Origin: a virus
Taxonomy: Duplodnaviria > Caudoviricetes
Length of the DNA: 64,000 nucleotides
Reading direction: 5' to 3' (one strand)
Virus record (IMG/VR): IMGVR_UViG_3300031673_000001
The first letter of the stretch is position 1. The number at the start of each line of letters is the position of its first letter. Below are positions 25,532 through 34,025 of this stretch, in pieces. A program made the translations under genes and the position numbers. The notes under the pieces are model-generated. The model was not told where the DNA came from. It saw only the letters and a program-made list of their open reading frames with translations, and did not search any database.

Positions 25532-25924
25532 ATGAGAAATCTTATGCAAGAAAGTCAAACAATTGAAAACCTAAAAATTATGCTAAAAGAACAAGATCTT
25601 GGAATGATCATTAAAAATGATTTCTTTAAAAATACTCTCGAATATCCAAATAAGAAAAATTTCAAGGTCAATAAAGTTTGTGAGCACTGTGGTTCATCAT
25701 ATACAGATAAAGAAGCATTTATTAAATATAAACAATCTAGAGATGAATACCAGGCAGAAGAAAATAGACTATATTATTTATTTAGAGATTCTCTGTTTTT
25801 GAATCACAATATAGAAATAACAGACAAAGGAAAAGTAATGTTTGAGATAGCATGGTCAAGGGGACATTCATCCGGACTATATGATGTATTTTTATGTTTT
25901 GAGGAAATGGTTGAAATATTATAA
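25532..25924 (+). CDS. Hypothetical protein
   Basis: CEHCG; AWSRGHSSG pattern. Confidence 0.65.
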   Translation: MRNLMQESQTIENLKIMLKEQDLGMIIKNDFFKNTLEYPNKKNFKVNKVCEHCGSSYTDKEAFIKYKQSRDEYQAEENRLYYLFRDSLFLNHNIEITDKGKVMFEIAWSRGHSSGLYDVFLCFEEMVEIL

Positions 25925-26121
25925 TGGAAATATTAGATTTTGAAGTTGGTTATTATTATTTACATATAAATAGTCAAATAATATGGAAACCTAGAATTGT
26001 AGTTGAATCCGATTTAGACTATTTTAATAGTCCTTTCGTTGTAAAACATTGGAAAGTCGAAAATAATTTTGAGTTTCAAAAAATGAAATCTGAAGCAAAA
26101 GCAATTGATTCAGGAGCGTAA
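25924..26121 (+). CDS. Hypothetical protein
   Basis: Coupled ORF, YYYLHIN...WK. Confidence 0.6.
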   Translation: MEILDFEVGYYYLHINSQIIWKPRIVVESDLDYFNSPFVVKHWKVENNFEFQKMKSEAKAIDSGA

Positions 26122-26122
26122 G

Positions 26123-26314
26123 ATGGGTAAGTCCAAAAATGAGCATAATAAAGGTTGGAATCCACCAAATCGTTTTCTAAAAGAAAGTTTGAAAGGAAAA
26201 AGAAGATTAGCAGAAAGAATGTATCTACATAAGTTGAAGGAAGATCCATATTACTATGAAGAAAAAGACATAGAAAAAGATGATGAGTTAGATGATATTG
26301 ATAATTGGGAATAG
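26123..26314 (+). CDS. Hypothetical protein
   Basis: SD AGGAG; acidic tail. Confidence 0.55.
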   Translation: MGKSKNEHNKGWNPPNRFLKESLKGKRRLAERMYLHKLKEDPYYYEEKDIEKDDELDDIDNWE

Positions 26315-26318
26315 TTAT

Positions 26319-26395
26319 TCCAGGGTGGCTCAATGGTGAAGCGGGTGACTGTTAATCACTGTCTTATGTGGGTTCGATTCCCACCCCTGGAGCCA
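26319..26395 (+). tRNA. tRNA-Asn(GUU)
   Basis: TCCAGGG/CCCTGGA acceptor; CT GTT AA; G73-CCA. Confidence 0.95.
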
Positions 26396-26399
26396 AAAC

Positions 26400-26948
26400 T
26401 TGTTAAGAGATTGGAGAAGAATGAAAATAATTGAAAAAATTGAAAGTTTATACTATAGAATAGATCGTATGTCTCCATTTCGGAATATTAAATATGGAGT
26501 TCGAAATCTTATCAAATGGTTTCCAGTGATATGGAATGATAGAGATTGGGACTTCTTCTTCATCTGGACTATATTACATAAAAAATTAGAACTAATGGAA
26601 AAAGAAATTAGAGTCAATGGTCATCATAAAAATAATATTAGAGACGCAAATCAAATTAAGTTATGTGTCAATCTTCTCAAAAGATTAATAGATGATCAAT
26701 ACCATGAAAATGTTTTTATACATCACGAAAAGAAATGGGGTAAATCCCATATGAAATGGGAACCAACTGAAGATCCAGAATTACAGTCTCTACATATAAT
26801 AAGAGACAATGTAAATACAGATGAAGAAAAAGAACAAGAAACAAAAGAATTTCAAAGATTAAGTCCAAAAGTTGAGGAGTTAAGACAACAAGACATCAAT
26901 CATTTATTTGACTATATGAAAAAACATATACTTGGTTGGTGGGATTAA
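26400..26948 (+). CDS. Hypothetical protein
   Basis: NLIKWFPVIWNDRDWD...GWWD, a pattern typical of phage ORFs; start probably MKII. Confidence 0.7.
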   Translation: MLRDWRRMKIIEKIESLYYRIDRMSPFRNIKYGVRNLIKWFPVIWNDRDWDFFFIWTILHKKLELMEKEIRVNGHHKNNIRDANQIKLCVNLLKRLIDDQYHENVFIHHEKKWGKSHMKWEPTEDPELQSLHIIRDNVNTDEEKEQETKEFQRLSPKVEELRQQDINHLFDYMKKHILGWWD

Positions 26949-27022
26949 AGCACCGTAGCTCAAGGGAAGAGCAAGCGACCGATAATCGCTCGACATCAGT
27001 TCAACTCTGTTCGGTGCTACCA
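26949..27022 (+). tRNA. tRNA-Ile(GAU)
   Basis: AGCGA-CC GAT AA-TCGCT; CCA. Confidence 0.88.
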
Positions 27023-27028
27023 TTTAAA

Positions 27029-27111
27029 GCGGACGTCGTCCAAGTGGTAGGACACTAGATTTCCAATCTGGCGCTTCGGCATTGCAGGTTCAAATCCTGT
27101 CGTCCGCTCCA
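27029..27111 (+). tRNA. tRNA-Gly(UCC) with extra UUCG variable arm
   Basis: GCGGACG/CGTCCGC acceptor, U73; CTAGA-TT TCC AA-TCTGG; 12-nt V region CGCTTCGGCATT. Confidence 0.9.
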
Positions 27112-27245
27112 TTCTAAAGAGGACTACAAATGAAAAAAGATCCTTTAAAAACTTCAAAGATTAAACCAGTAGGTTTAATAAAAATTGGTAAAGATTTAAA
27201 AATACCATTAAAACTAATAAAGAAATCTGATCAAAAAAGGAAAAA

Positions 27246-27458
27246 ATGAAGATTGAAATTGAAATAGGAGATAATCTTAAAGATTTTCTTATATCACAAA
27301 ATTATGATACAAAAGAAGAATTAGAAATTATAATGAAATCATTAGAAAGAATGTTTGAAAATCAAAAAGTTTACACCTGTCAATTATGTGGTGGTGCTCA
27401 TTATGTAGGAGATATATGTCCTTATCAACAAACAGAAAAATTAAATATGCGGGCGTAG
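27246..27458 (+). CDS. Hypothetical protein; TAG stop inside tRNA-Gly(CCC)
   Basis: CQLCGGAHYVGDICP. Confidence 0.55.
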   Translation: MKIEIEIGDNLKDFLISQNYDTKEELEIIMKSLERMFENQKVYTCQLCGGAHYVGDICPYQQTEKLNMRA

Positions 27459-27524
27459 CTCAGTGGTAGAGCGTCATTCTCCCCGAATGAAGATCGCAGT
27501 GTTCAAATCCTGTCGTCCGCTCCA
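27449..27524 (+). tRNA. tRNA-Gly(CCC)
   Basis: TCATT-CT CCC CG-AATGA; 1-nt insertion in the T stem; U73-CCA; 3' end identical to Gly(UCC). Confidence 0.82.
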
Positions 27525-27708
27525 TTTTTGAAAGGATGGATATATTGATACTTATAAAAAGACCAATGTTTTTTGCTAAAAAAGGTTGGTGGGGTGAACA
27601 TGGTTATATTAGAATATCTTTTTTAAAATACTTATATATAAGAAGAGAATATGTAACAAAAGTAAAATGGTTTAAATGTGGAAAGTAATTGATACAGGAT
27701 TAGACTAA

Positions 27709-28065
27709 ATGCAAATAAAAGTTAAGGATATAATATGGGAAACTTGGGGAGCTATAAGTTACACTATCATTTTTGGAGATAATGAAATTCCATGCTTTGT
27801 TATGCTGCAAGAGATACAAATTGGCGAAAGAAATAATATAGATAAAATCCCTAAAGAAGTTTATAAAATTGCAGAAGATTTTGGTTTTATGATTCAAAAT
27901 AAAATAACAAAAATTATCAAAAAGCAACTTTCTAGATATGAAGATGTTATTATTTCTCCTATTAATGATCAAAAAAAATGTCCTAAAACAATGAATTACA
28001 TTTCTTTTGTTTCCGATGAAGTTAACTGGTTAGTTAATGCTGACTCTCTAAGGTTAGTAGTTTAA
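27709..28065 (+). CDS. Hypothetical protein
   Basis: 118 aa. Confidence 0.6.
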   Translation: MQIKVKDIIWETWGAISYTIIFGDNEIPCFVMLQEIQIGERNNIDKIPKEVYKIAEDFGFMIQNKITKIIKKQLSRYEDVIISPINDQKKCPKTMNYISFVSDEVNWLVNADSLRLVV

Positions 28066-28096
28066 TATTAGAACAAATAAATACTAGAAAATATAT

Positions 28097-28173
28097 GCCA
28101 CGTGTAGCTCACCGGTAGAGCTCTAGCTTGAAGCGCTGGGTAGCAGGGAGTTCAATTCTCCTCCGTGGCACCA
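28097..28173 (+). tRNA. tRNA-Phe(GAA)
   Basis: CTAGC-TT GAA GC-GCTGG; bulged U in the acceptor stem; CCA. Confidence 0.82.
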
Positions 28174-28181
28174 AAGCTTAT

Positions 28182-28260
28182 GGTGGTCATACTCGAGTAA
28201 GGTCTCAGAGGCAAGGTTGTGGCCCTTGTTACGTGGGTTCAAATCCCACTGATCACCCCA
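28182..28260 (+). tRNA. tRNA-His(GUG)
   Basis: Encoded G-1:C73; CAAGG-TT GTG GC-CCTTG; CCA. Confidence 0.93.
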
Positions 28261-28279
28261 TTCTGAAAGGAATTGTGAA

Positions 28280-28483
28280 ATGACTAAACCATATCATTGT
28301 TTATTTTGTGGAAGAGAAAATAAAAAAGTTAAAAAAATGTTCTGTTCAGAAGAAACCAAATGTATTTGTAATGAATGTTTAGATCTTTGTAAAGAGATCG
28401 ATGAAAATGGTGAAAAGAAAATAGTTATTAATCTAAATATACCAACGTTGAAAAGAATTGATCATCCAGACATTGTAGCATGA
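28280..28483 (+). CDS. Second stand-alone ClpX C4-type zinc-finger protein
   Basis: CLFCGRENKKVKKMF....KCICNECLDLCKEI. Confidence 0.8.
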   Translation: MTKPYHCLFCGRENKKVKKMFCSEETKCICNECLDLCKEIDENGEKKIVINLNIPTLKRIDHPDIVA

Positions 28484-28863
28484 ATGAATCATGCTGGCAT
28501 TATGTAATCAAATTTATTAATGAACATGAAGATGGCGAAATATTAAATGCAACATCAATGCTTCATTACGTTAGAAAGCATAAACCAGAATATAAAAGAA
28601 AATATTATTACACGGGTATATATGACCATGTTGGAGTAGATGCTTTACCAGATCTAGTATACTCATATAGAGTTATATTAGAAAGACTAGGTTTTCTCAA
28701 ACACATAAAAAAAGGTTCGTGGATAAAAGTTAGAAGTTTTCCAGAACATATTAGTAGCTATAAAGCTAAAAAGATTGCATTTTCAAAGTTACCTTGGCAA
28801 GCATGGTTCATCCCTCCAGGATGGATAGTAGAAGGAAAAACTCAAAAATCAAAGGGGGGTTAA
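28480..28863 (+). CDS. Hypothetical protein (possibly winged-helix-like)
   Basis: Coupled ORF. Confidence 0.6.
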   Translation: MNESCWHYVIKFINEHEDGEILNATSMLHYVRKHKPEYKRKYYYTGIYDHVGVDALPDLVYSYRVILERLGFLKHIKKGSWIKVRSFPEHISSYKAKKIAFSKLPWQAWFIPPGWIVEGKTQKSKGG

Positions 28864-29615
28864 TGGAAGATGTAGCAGTAAATTTGCCCAATGGTGATAT
28901 TACAACAGATAAAGATAAATTAAATCAATTATTAGATTCAAGTTATCCTTTACTACAAAAATTTAGAGAGTTATGCCCTGGTTCTTATAAACACTCTCAA
29001 TCAGTATCTTCCATGGTGGAAGGAATATCACTATCACTAGGTTTAAACGTTACTTTTATGAAAGTAGCATCTCTTTATCATGATATTGGAAAAATGTTTA
29101 ATCCAAAATATTTCACTGAGAATCAGTTAGAAGATGAGAATATCCATGATAAACTAGATGCAAAAATTAGTTATCAATATATTTCAAGACATATTTCAGA
29201 TACTGCATTGATATTATTAAATGATGAAAACTTTCCAAGAGATTTGATTGAAATAATTACACAGCATCATGGTACAACTGTTATTAAATACTTCTTTGAT
29301 AAATCAGGAAGTGATATAGAAGACAACTTTAGATACAAGTCAAAGAGACCAAAAAAAATTGAATCCATGTTATTAATGATATGCGATTCTATAGAAGCTA
29401 AGTCAAGATCTCTTGTTCAAAGTGGTAACTTTGATCCAACTGAAACCATAGAAGAAACTATTAATAATCTTCTAAGTGATGGACAATTGGATGATGTTGT
29501 AATGAGACTTGGAGATTTACAAAAATTAAAAGACGGACTAGCAAAAGAACTAGAAGGAACCTACCAAAAAAGGGTTAATTATTCTAAAGCAAAAGATGAA
29601 GTAAAATCTGAATAA
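28863..29615 (+). CDS. Soluble HD-domain phosphodiesterase, 7TM-HD/PgpH-type
   Basis: PGSYKHS, YHDIGKM..PKYF.ENQ, HISD, QHHGTT, FRY...P, LMICDSIEA.SRSL; no TM region; start ATG 28863. Confidence 0.85.
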   Translation: MEDVAVNLPNGDITTDKDKLNQLLDSSYPLLQKFRELCPGSYKHSQSVSSMVEGISLSLGLNVTFMKVASLYHDIGKMFNPKYFTENQLEDENIHDKLDAKISYQYISRHISDTALILLNDENFPRDLIEIITQHHGTTVIKYFFDKSGSDIEDNFRYKSKRPKKIESMLLMICDSIEAKSRSLVQSGNFDPTETIEETINNLLSDGQLDDVVMRLGDLQKLKDGLAKELEGTYQKRVNYSKAKDEVKSE

Positions 29616-29741
29616 TAACTCATACCATCTTGTGCCAGAAGATCCAAAATCCTGGGACTCCCATTTTTGAATGGATTAAGAGTCACCAGAAAGGATTCTT
29701 CTGGCACAACTTTATTGAAAGATATTATGGAGTGGATAGAT

Positions 29742-29954
29742 ATGCAACAGAAAAGAATATTAGTCATATTAGTATTTCTTTTTTTATTTATATCTTGTGC
29801 TAAAAAATATACAATTAATCACGATCATCCATATCATCCTTCTCCTGCTATAAAATATAACTGTCCATATGATAGCTGTCCCTATCCACCATTTTTTCAT
29901 GAACACAAAGGATATGGCAGACATCAACATGAATATAAAGGCGAATATGAATAA
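29742..29954 (+). CDS. Small His-rich lipoprotein
   Basis: Lipobox FISC after a hydrophobic stretch. Confidence 0.55.
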   Translation: MQQKRILVILVFLFLFISCAKKYTINHDHPYHPSPAIKYNCPYDSCPYPPFFHEHKGYGRHQHEYKGEYE

Positions 29955-29958
29955 TAGT

Positions 29959-30033
29959 GGCGGTGTATCCAAGTGGGAAGGAAGCTGACTGCAAATCAGT
30001 TATACGGGAGTTCGATTCTCTCCACCGCCTCCA
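29959..30033 (+). tRNA. tRNA-Cys(GCA)
   Basis: GGCGGTG/CACCGCC acceptor, U73; CT GCA AA. Confidence 0.95.
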
Positions 30034-30046
30034 TTTAATTTTTAAT

Positions 30047-30125
30047 GGGATAGTAACTCAGCTAGGATTAGAGTAACTGACTTTTAATCAGTAAGTCGTG
30101 GGTTCGATTCCCACCTGTCCCACCA
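30047..30125 (+). tRNA. tRNA-Lys(UUU)
   Basis: ACTGA-CT TTT AA-TCAGT; CCA. Confidence 0.94.
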
Positions 30126-30463
30126 TTAAAACGACCCAGACACTCAGGACATCTTTCTAATAAATCCCTGAGTGCCTTATTTTTATCAACTTCCCAATAC
30201 TGTTTTTCTTGAGATAAATCTAAAATACAAGCACATTCTTCTTCACACATATCACTCTTATGATTATATCCTCTATTAATCATTTCTTCTTTCAAATCTT
30301 CATGTCTTTGATATAATACACGTGGTTCAAATAAATTATTCTTAAAATATCCATCTAATTTTTTTTGCTTCTTTAATGATCCGAGAAACATATGCATCTC
30401 TAAATGTTCCCCACATAAATGCTTCTGACACATAATCTTTGGATCACATAACCACATTCTCAT
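30068..30463 (-). CDS. Pyrimidine-dimer DNA glycosylase (T4 endonuclease V-like)
   Basis: MRMW..DP...C..HL.GEH.E.H....RH..L..EM..RGY.H.S; the 3' end runs antisense into tRNA-Lys. Confidence 0.75.
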   Translation of the reverse strand: MRMWLCDPKIMCQKHLCGEHLEMHMFLGSLKKQKKLDGYFKNNLFEPRVLYQRHEDLKEEMINRGYNHKSDMCEEECACILDLSQEKQYWEVDKNKALRDLLERCPECLGRFNGGTGGNRTHDLLIKSQLL

Positions 30464-30464
30464 C

Positions 30465-30752
30465 TTACCAAGTTCCTTTCGCCTGTCTCTTCTTCCTTTC
30501 CATAGATAATTCAAGTCTTAATTTTGTAATACAAGTGTGCTTGATCTTGCCAGTTCTAAATCCAGTTCCTGTTAGATAGTTCATTACCACTCTTATCTTA
30601 TCATTAGATGTGCTAGATATGGGACCCAAATACTTTCTCAATCGAGCACAACACCATTCAGGATCCTCTTTCCATTTTCCTAAAAGACTCTTACGAACAG
30701 CTTGCCACTCTGGACTTTTAACCAATACATTTTTTGGATTTTCATCACTCAT
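30465..30752 (-). CDS. Hypothetical protein
   Basis: 95 aa, SD AGGAG. Confidence 0.7.
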   Translation of the reverse strand: MSDENPKNVLVKSPEWQAVRKSLLGKWKEDPEWCCARLRKYLGPISSTSNDKIRVVMNYLTGTGFRTGKIKHTCITKLRLELSMERKKRQAKGTW

Positions 30753-30761
30753 TATTATCTC

Positions 30762-31352
30762 CTATACAGTTACTCTCTTAAACCATCCCCTTGCATATTT
30801 TTTTTGCTTTGAATTACCATCCATATAATCCATATAATGTTGTCCTTGAAGTGTATTAAGCATTTTAACTAATACTTTTTCATCCCCACCTTTTTCACTA
30901 AGAGAATTAAGTGCGCTCAATGTTTTTTTACCAATTTTTCCATCCACCTCAAGTTCATCAAATAACTCACCATTTCTGTTCAGATAATTTAATGACCTTT
31001 GTAAGAATTTAGCAGCTCTAAGAACACCCAAATTTACACCAGTATCAAACATTTCTTCTGCTACTTCTTGTGAAAATTCATCAAGACAATTTATGTTCCA
31101 ATATTTATCTTTAAAAAAACTTGCAACTTCATTTTTAAGTCTAAGTGAATCATCTAAACTCTTTGGAAAATAAGGATCATATCTATGAAAATCAATAATT
31201 TCCCATCCATACCAATCAGGATTAAATTTTCTTGAAATTCCTTTATATGTTTCTCCTCCTGCATCATCCATATCATTTACATAACCACCTTCATTAATCA
31301 TTGTTTTTTCAAAAGCATCAATAAAACTCGACTTACAAATAGCGCTTTCCAT
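30762..31352 (-). CDS. GH108 lysozyme with peptidoglycan-binding domain (endolysin)
   Basis: NEGGYVNDMDDAGGETYKGIS; FDTGVNLG; LQRSLN; VDGKIGKKTL; GWFKR. Confidence 0.92.
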   Translation of the reverse strand: MESAICKSSFIDAFEKTMINEGGYVNDMDDAGGETYKGISRKFNPDWYGWEIIDFHRYDPYFPKSLDDSLRLKNEVASFFKDKYWNINCLDEFSQEVAEEMFDTGVNLGVLRAAKFLQRSLNYLNRNGELFDELEVDGKIGKKTLSALNSLSEKGGDEKVLVKMLNTLQGQHYMDYMDGNSKQKKYARGWFKRVTV

Positions 31353-31618
31353 TACATAATTCCCCCAGACGGTTTAAAACTAACACCTATTCTGACCATT
31401 GAAATAATTTTTCTTGATCTCTTTAACTGATCAAACTTTTTCCAAAATTTCTGATTACCAAAAACCTTACGATAAATTGGGCAAGTTTCAGAATAATCAA
31501 TATAACCATTATCATTCACACAAACAGAACCACAAGCAAATGTACTATCTAACCAATAGTGTATCTTATTATATGTCAACCCACTTACCCTCTTCCAATT
31601 TACATCTATATGAATCAT
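31352..31618 (-). CDS. Hypothetical protein
   Basis: Coupled ORF. Confidence 0.45.
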   Translation of the reverse strand: MIHIDVNWKRVSGLTYNKIHYWLDSTFACGSVCVNDNGYIDYSETCPIYRKVFGNQKFWKKFDQLKRSRKIISMVRIGVSFKPSGGIM

Positions 31619-31952
31619 CGTCAGAATGAGTCGTTGATACTTCTATAAATACACAACCATATTCTGTTTCTGATGTAAATCTATGTCTAATATAAGGTTT
31701 TATCCTGAATAATTCTCCGGGTCCTAAGATTTCAAATGTATGCTCCTCACCTTTAACATAATCAAGATGTAGAAATCCATCTAATACATAAAATGTCTCA
31801 TCTTTAATTTTGTGATAATGAAACTCACCCTTTGAAGACCATTTTTCAAAAGCAACATATATCTTCTTTCCACAATATCCAACATTCTCTTCATTGACAT
31901 TAGCAAACCAAATCTCATGTCCCCATGTTTTCTTCACAAATTCTCCTGTCAT
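31569..31952 (-). CDS. Cupin (sugar isomerase-like)
   Basis: KTWGHEIW...YCGK...HYHKIKDETFYVLDG...HRF...EVST.HSDDD. Confidence 0.8.
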   Translation of the reverse strand: MTGEFVKKTWGHEIWFANVNEENVGYCGKKIYVAFEKWSSKGEFHYHKIKDETFYVLDGFLHLDYVKGEEHTFEILGPGELFRIKPYIRHRFTSETEYGCVFIEVSTTHSDDDSYRCKLEEGKWVDI

Positions 31953-31971
31953 ATATCCTCCTTTGGTTTAT

Positions 31972-32391
31972 TTAGAATCTTTTTTCCCCAAAACCCATAA
32001 AAGAGAAATCTTTTACATCTTTCCACCATTCGTTTATATCTTCCATTATAAGTTCGCCATCATCTTCATTTCTATCTGTTCGATCTATATTCCTATAAAA
32101 TTTTGGAGACCATTTTTTTATAAAACTTTTTGCATCTTCTAATGTTTCGCCTTTCCATGTTACTACTAAATTTTTCTCAATTGCTTTTATAAATTTTTTT
32201 TGTTTATTTGTTGGAGGAAATGGTTTATTATTTTTAATATAGTACAGTCTTTGTTCGTTTTTATGTTTCGATATAAATGCTTCTACTTCTTCTCTATCCA
32301 TCAATTTTCCAGAGTATTTAATATTAAGATCTCTACATATAGATTTTAAATATTCTCTTTGTGCTTTGGTGCTTTTTATTATATTTTTCAT
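31972..32391 (-). CDS. Hypothetical protein with a duplicated T..Q..(Y/F)I..I helical repeat
   Basis: STKAQREYLKSIC / PTNKQKKFIKAIE. Confidence 0.65.
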   Translation of the reverse strand: MKNIIKSTKAQREYLKSICRDLNIKYSGKLMDREEVEAFISKHKNEQRLYYIKNNKPFPPTNKQKKFIKAIEKNLVVTWKGETLEDAKSFIKKWSPKFYRNIDRTDRNEDDGELIMEDINEWWKDVKDFSFMGFGEKRF

Positions 32392-32588
32392 TTGTTATAC
32401 TCCTCTAAATATAAATCAGATATTTTCTTTATTGTTTCTATAATGTTTGTCTTTGATAACCATGCATCATTTGAAATATCAGTTATTAGAGAAGAAAATT
32501 TTTGTCCAAACGATTCAATGAGATCTTCAAATTCCGAAAATCTAATGTCTTCGGAGAGAGTTTTATATACAGCTTCTTCTATTTCCAT
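32388..32588 (-). CDS. Hypothetical protein
   Basis: Coupled ORF. Confidence 0.55.
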   Translation of the reverse strand: MEIEEAVYKTLSEDIRFSEFEDLIESFGQKFSSLITDISNDAWLSKTNIIETIKKISDLYLEEYNK

Positions 32589-32603
32589 TAGATTTTATCC
32601 TCC

Positions 32604-33080
32604 CTATATATGTGGCAAAGTATTTACAATCTGATAAAACTCCATAGCACATTTTTCATGAGTCATAAAATCACCATAGGCAGATGAACAGAACAACTTA
32701 TCAACATACCAACAGACAATCACACCTTCTGCAACTCCACGTTTCACTTTATTATAATGCTTTACAATTTCATCACTCAACATACCACATGTATTTCTCA
32801 CACCTTGAATTGTTCCATTTACAAAATCAAGTTCTCTTGCTCCATCCATAATATCATTTACAACGTCATCTAAATCATTGAGATTTGCGTCACATATAAT
32901 ACCAATATACATTGGCCATCCTTCCATTTGATATTTCCTGACAATTAAAGGACTCCAATTTTTATCTAATAATCTTGTAGAAGTTGAACTATCATCTCTT
33001 GTCATTCCAGCATTTGCTTCACTTCCCATATTCTTATTTCTCTCTACATGATCGGTCATTTGCTTTTCATCTCCTTCCAT
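32604..33080 (-). CDS. Hypothetical protein
   Basis: 158 aa; start probably MTDH. Confidence 0.65.
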   Translation of the reverse strand: MEGDEKQMTDHVERNKNMGSEANAGMTRDDSSTSTRLLDKNWSPLIVRKYQMEGWPMYIGIICDANLNDLDDVVNDIMDGARELDFVNGTIQGVRNTCGMLSDEIVKHYNKVKRGVAEGVIVCWYVDKLFCSSAYGDFMTHEKCAMEFYQIVNTLPHI

Positions 33081-33250
33081 TTTGTTATTACTTCTTGAAC
33101 TATTTCTTCACTTGATGCAGGTAAATAAAATACAGTATTCCCACCTTTTGAATTGCCACTATACCACCAAGCATCTGGAAATTTCATTAATATATATTGC
33201 TCTTCTTCATAGGATTCTGTAATTATTTCTATTACCAATTTATGTTTCAT
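33056..33250 (-). CDS. Hypothetical protein
   Basis: Coupled ORF. Confidence 0.55.
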   Translation of the reverse strand: MKHKLVIEIITESYEEEQYILMKFPDAWWYSGNSKGGNTVFYLPASSEEIVQEVITKWKEMKSK

Positions 33251-33737
33251 TATTATGTTCCTTTAATAGTCCATTGTATTCTTTATCTTTACCTTCCCTA
33301 ACCAACCTTCTCCACATTTCTATTCTACGATTTCTCTCCTCTTCATCCATCAAATCTAAAGTATATGGAATTCTTTCATCTTGTCCAATACCATTTCTTT
33401 CATACTCCATAAGAGCAAAACATCCCCACACAACCATCGCTAAGTGATGGCAATTACTTTCTTCGTCTAATTTCTCACCACGAATCCATTTCCATAGATG
33501 TCTCAAAAGTGGACCAATAACATCCTTTCTCCATTTTAATCCCTTCCACCAATTATAATTTTCATCATCGTATTTGGTTGTAGCATATGTATAGACCTTC
33601 GCTAATTCATGCAATGGCGAAGCAGGGATCAAATCATGGCGAGTTTTACCTTCACTGAACCTTGCACCTGTATCACATAATAACTCTTGCTCTTCCTCGA
33701 CATTTTTAATATACTCTTTAATTTTATTATCTTTCAC
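33240..33737 (-). CDS. dATP/dGTP diphosphohydrolase domain protein (DUF5664)
   Basis: GARFSEGKTRHDLIP...KY...NW.KG....RHL..W..GE..D.ES..HHLA. Confidence 0.85.
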   Translation of the reverse strand: MKDNKIKEYIKNVEEEQELLCDTGARFSEGKTRHDLIPASPLHELAKVYTYATTKYDDENYNWWKGLKWRKDVIGPLLRHLWKWIRGEKLDEESNCHHLAMVVWGCFALMEYERNGIGQDERIPYTLDLMDEEERNRRIEMWRRLVREGKDKEYNGLLKEHNNET

Positions 33738-33755
33738 TATTCTAATTCCTTTTTT

Positions 33756-34025
33756 TTACATACCAACTCTTTTATATGTCCATCCTTTTTCCAAATAAAT
33801 TAGATTAGGAACACTTATACTTTCACAAAGCATATCTTTAACAACCATATATTTACTTTCACAAAGTGCTTCTTTAATATCAGAATAAGCTTTTCTCGTA
33901 AACTCCATAGTCGTCCCATATACTACCCTATTGTGAATATCAATAATTTCTTTCTTATCACATATAGTGGAACAAGCTGGCATAACAAAACAATTTTTAC
34001 AGGGATCATCTCTAACCTTTTTCAT
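33756..34025 (-). CDS. PCxxC-family small protein
   Basis: DPCKNCFVMPACSTICDK. Confidence 0.6.
   Translation of the reverse strand: MKKVRDDPCKNCFVMPACSTICDKKEIIDIHNRVVYGTTMEFTRKAYSDIKEALCESKYMVVKDMLCESISVPNLIYLEKGWTYKRVGM

Noticed and set aside
27087-27526. 26-bp direct repeat as att sites of an integrated element
   Set aside because: It is the shared 3' end of two Gly tRNAs, both with full 5' halves, and the intervening DNA has no integrase; more simply a tRNA duplication.
32604-33080. QueD or QueF to complete the deazaguanine pathway
   Set aside because: No HGH (QueD) or CP..G.PD / E.KS (QueF) motifs; left hypothetical.
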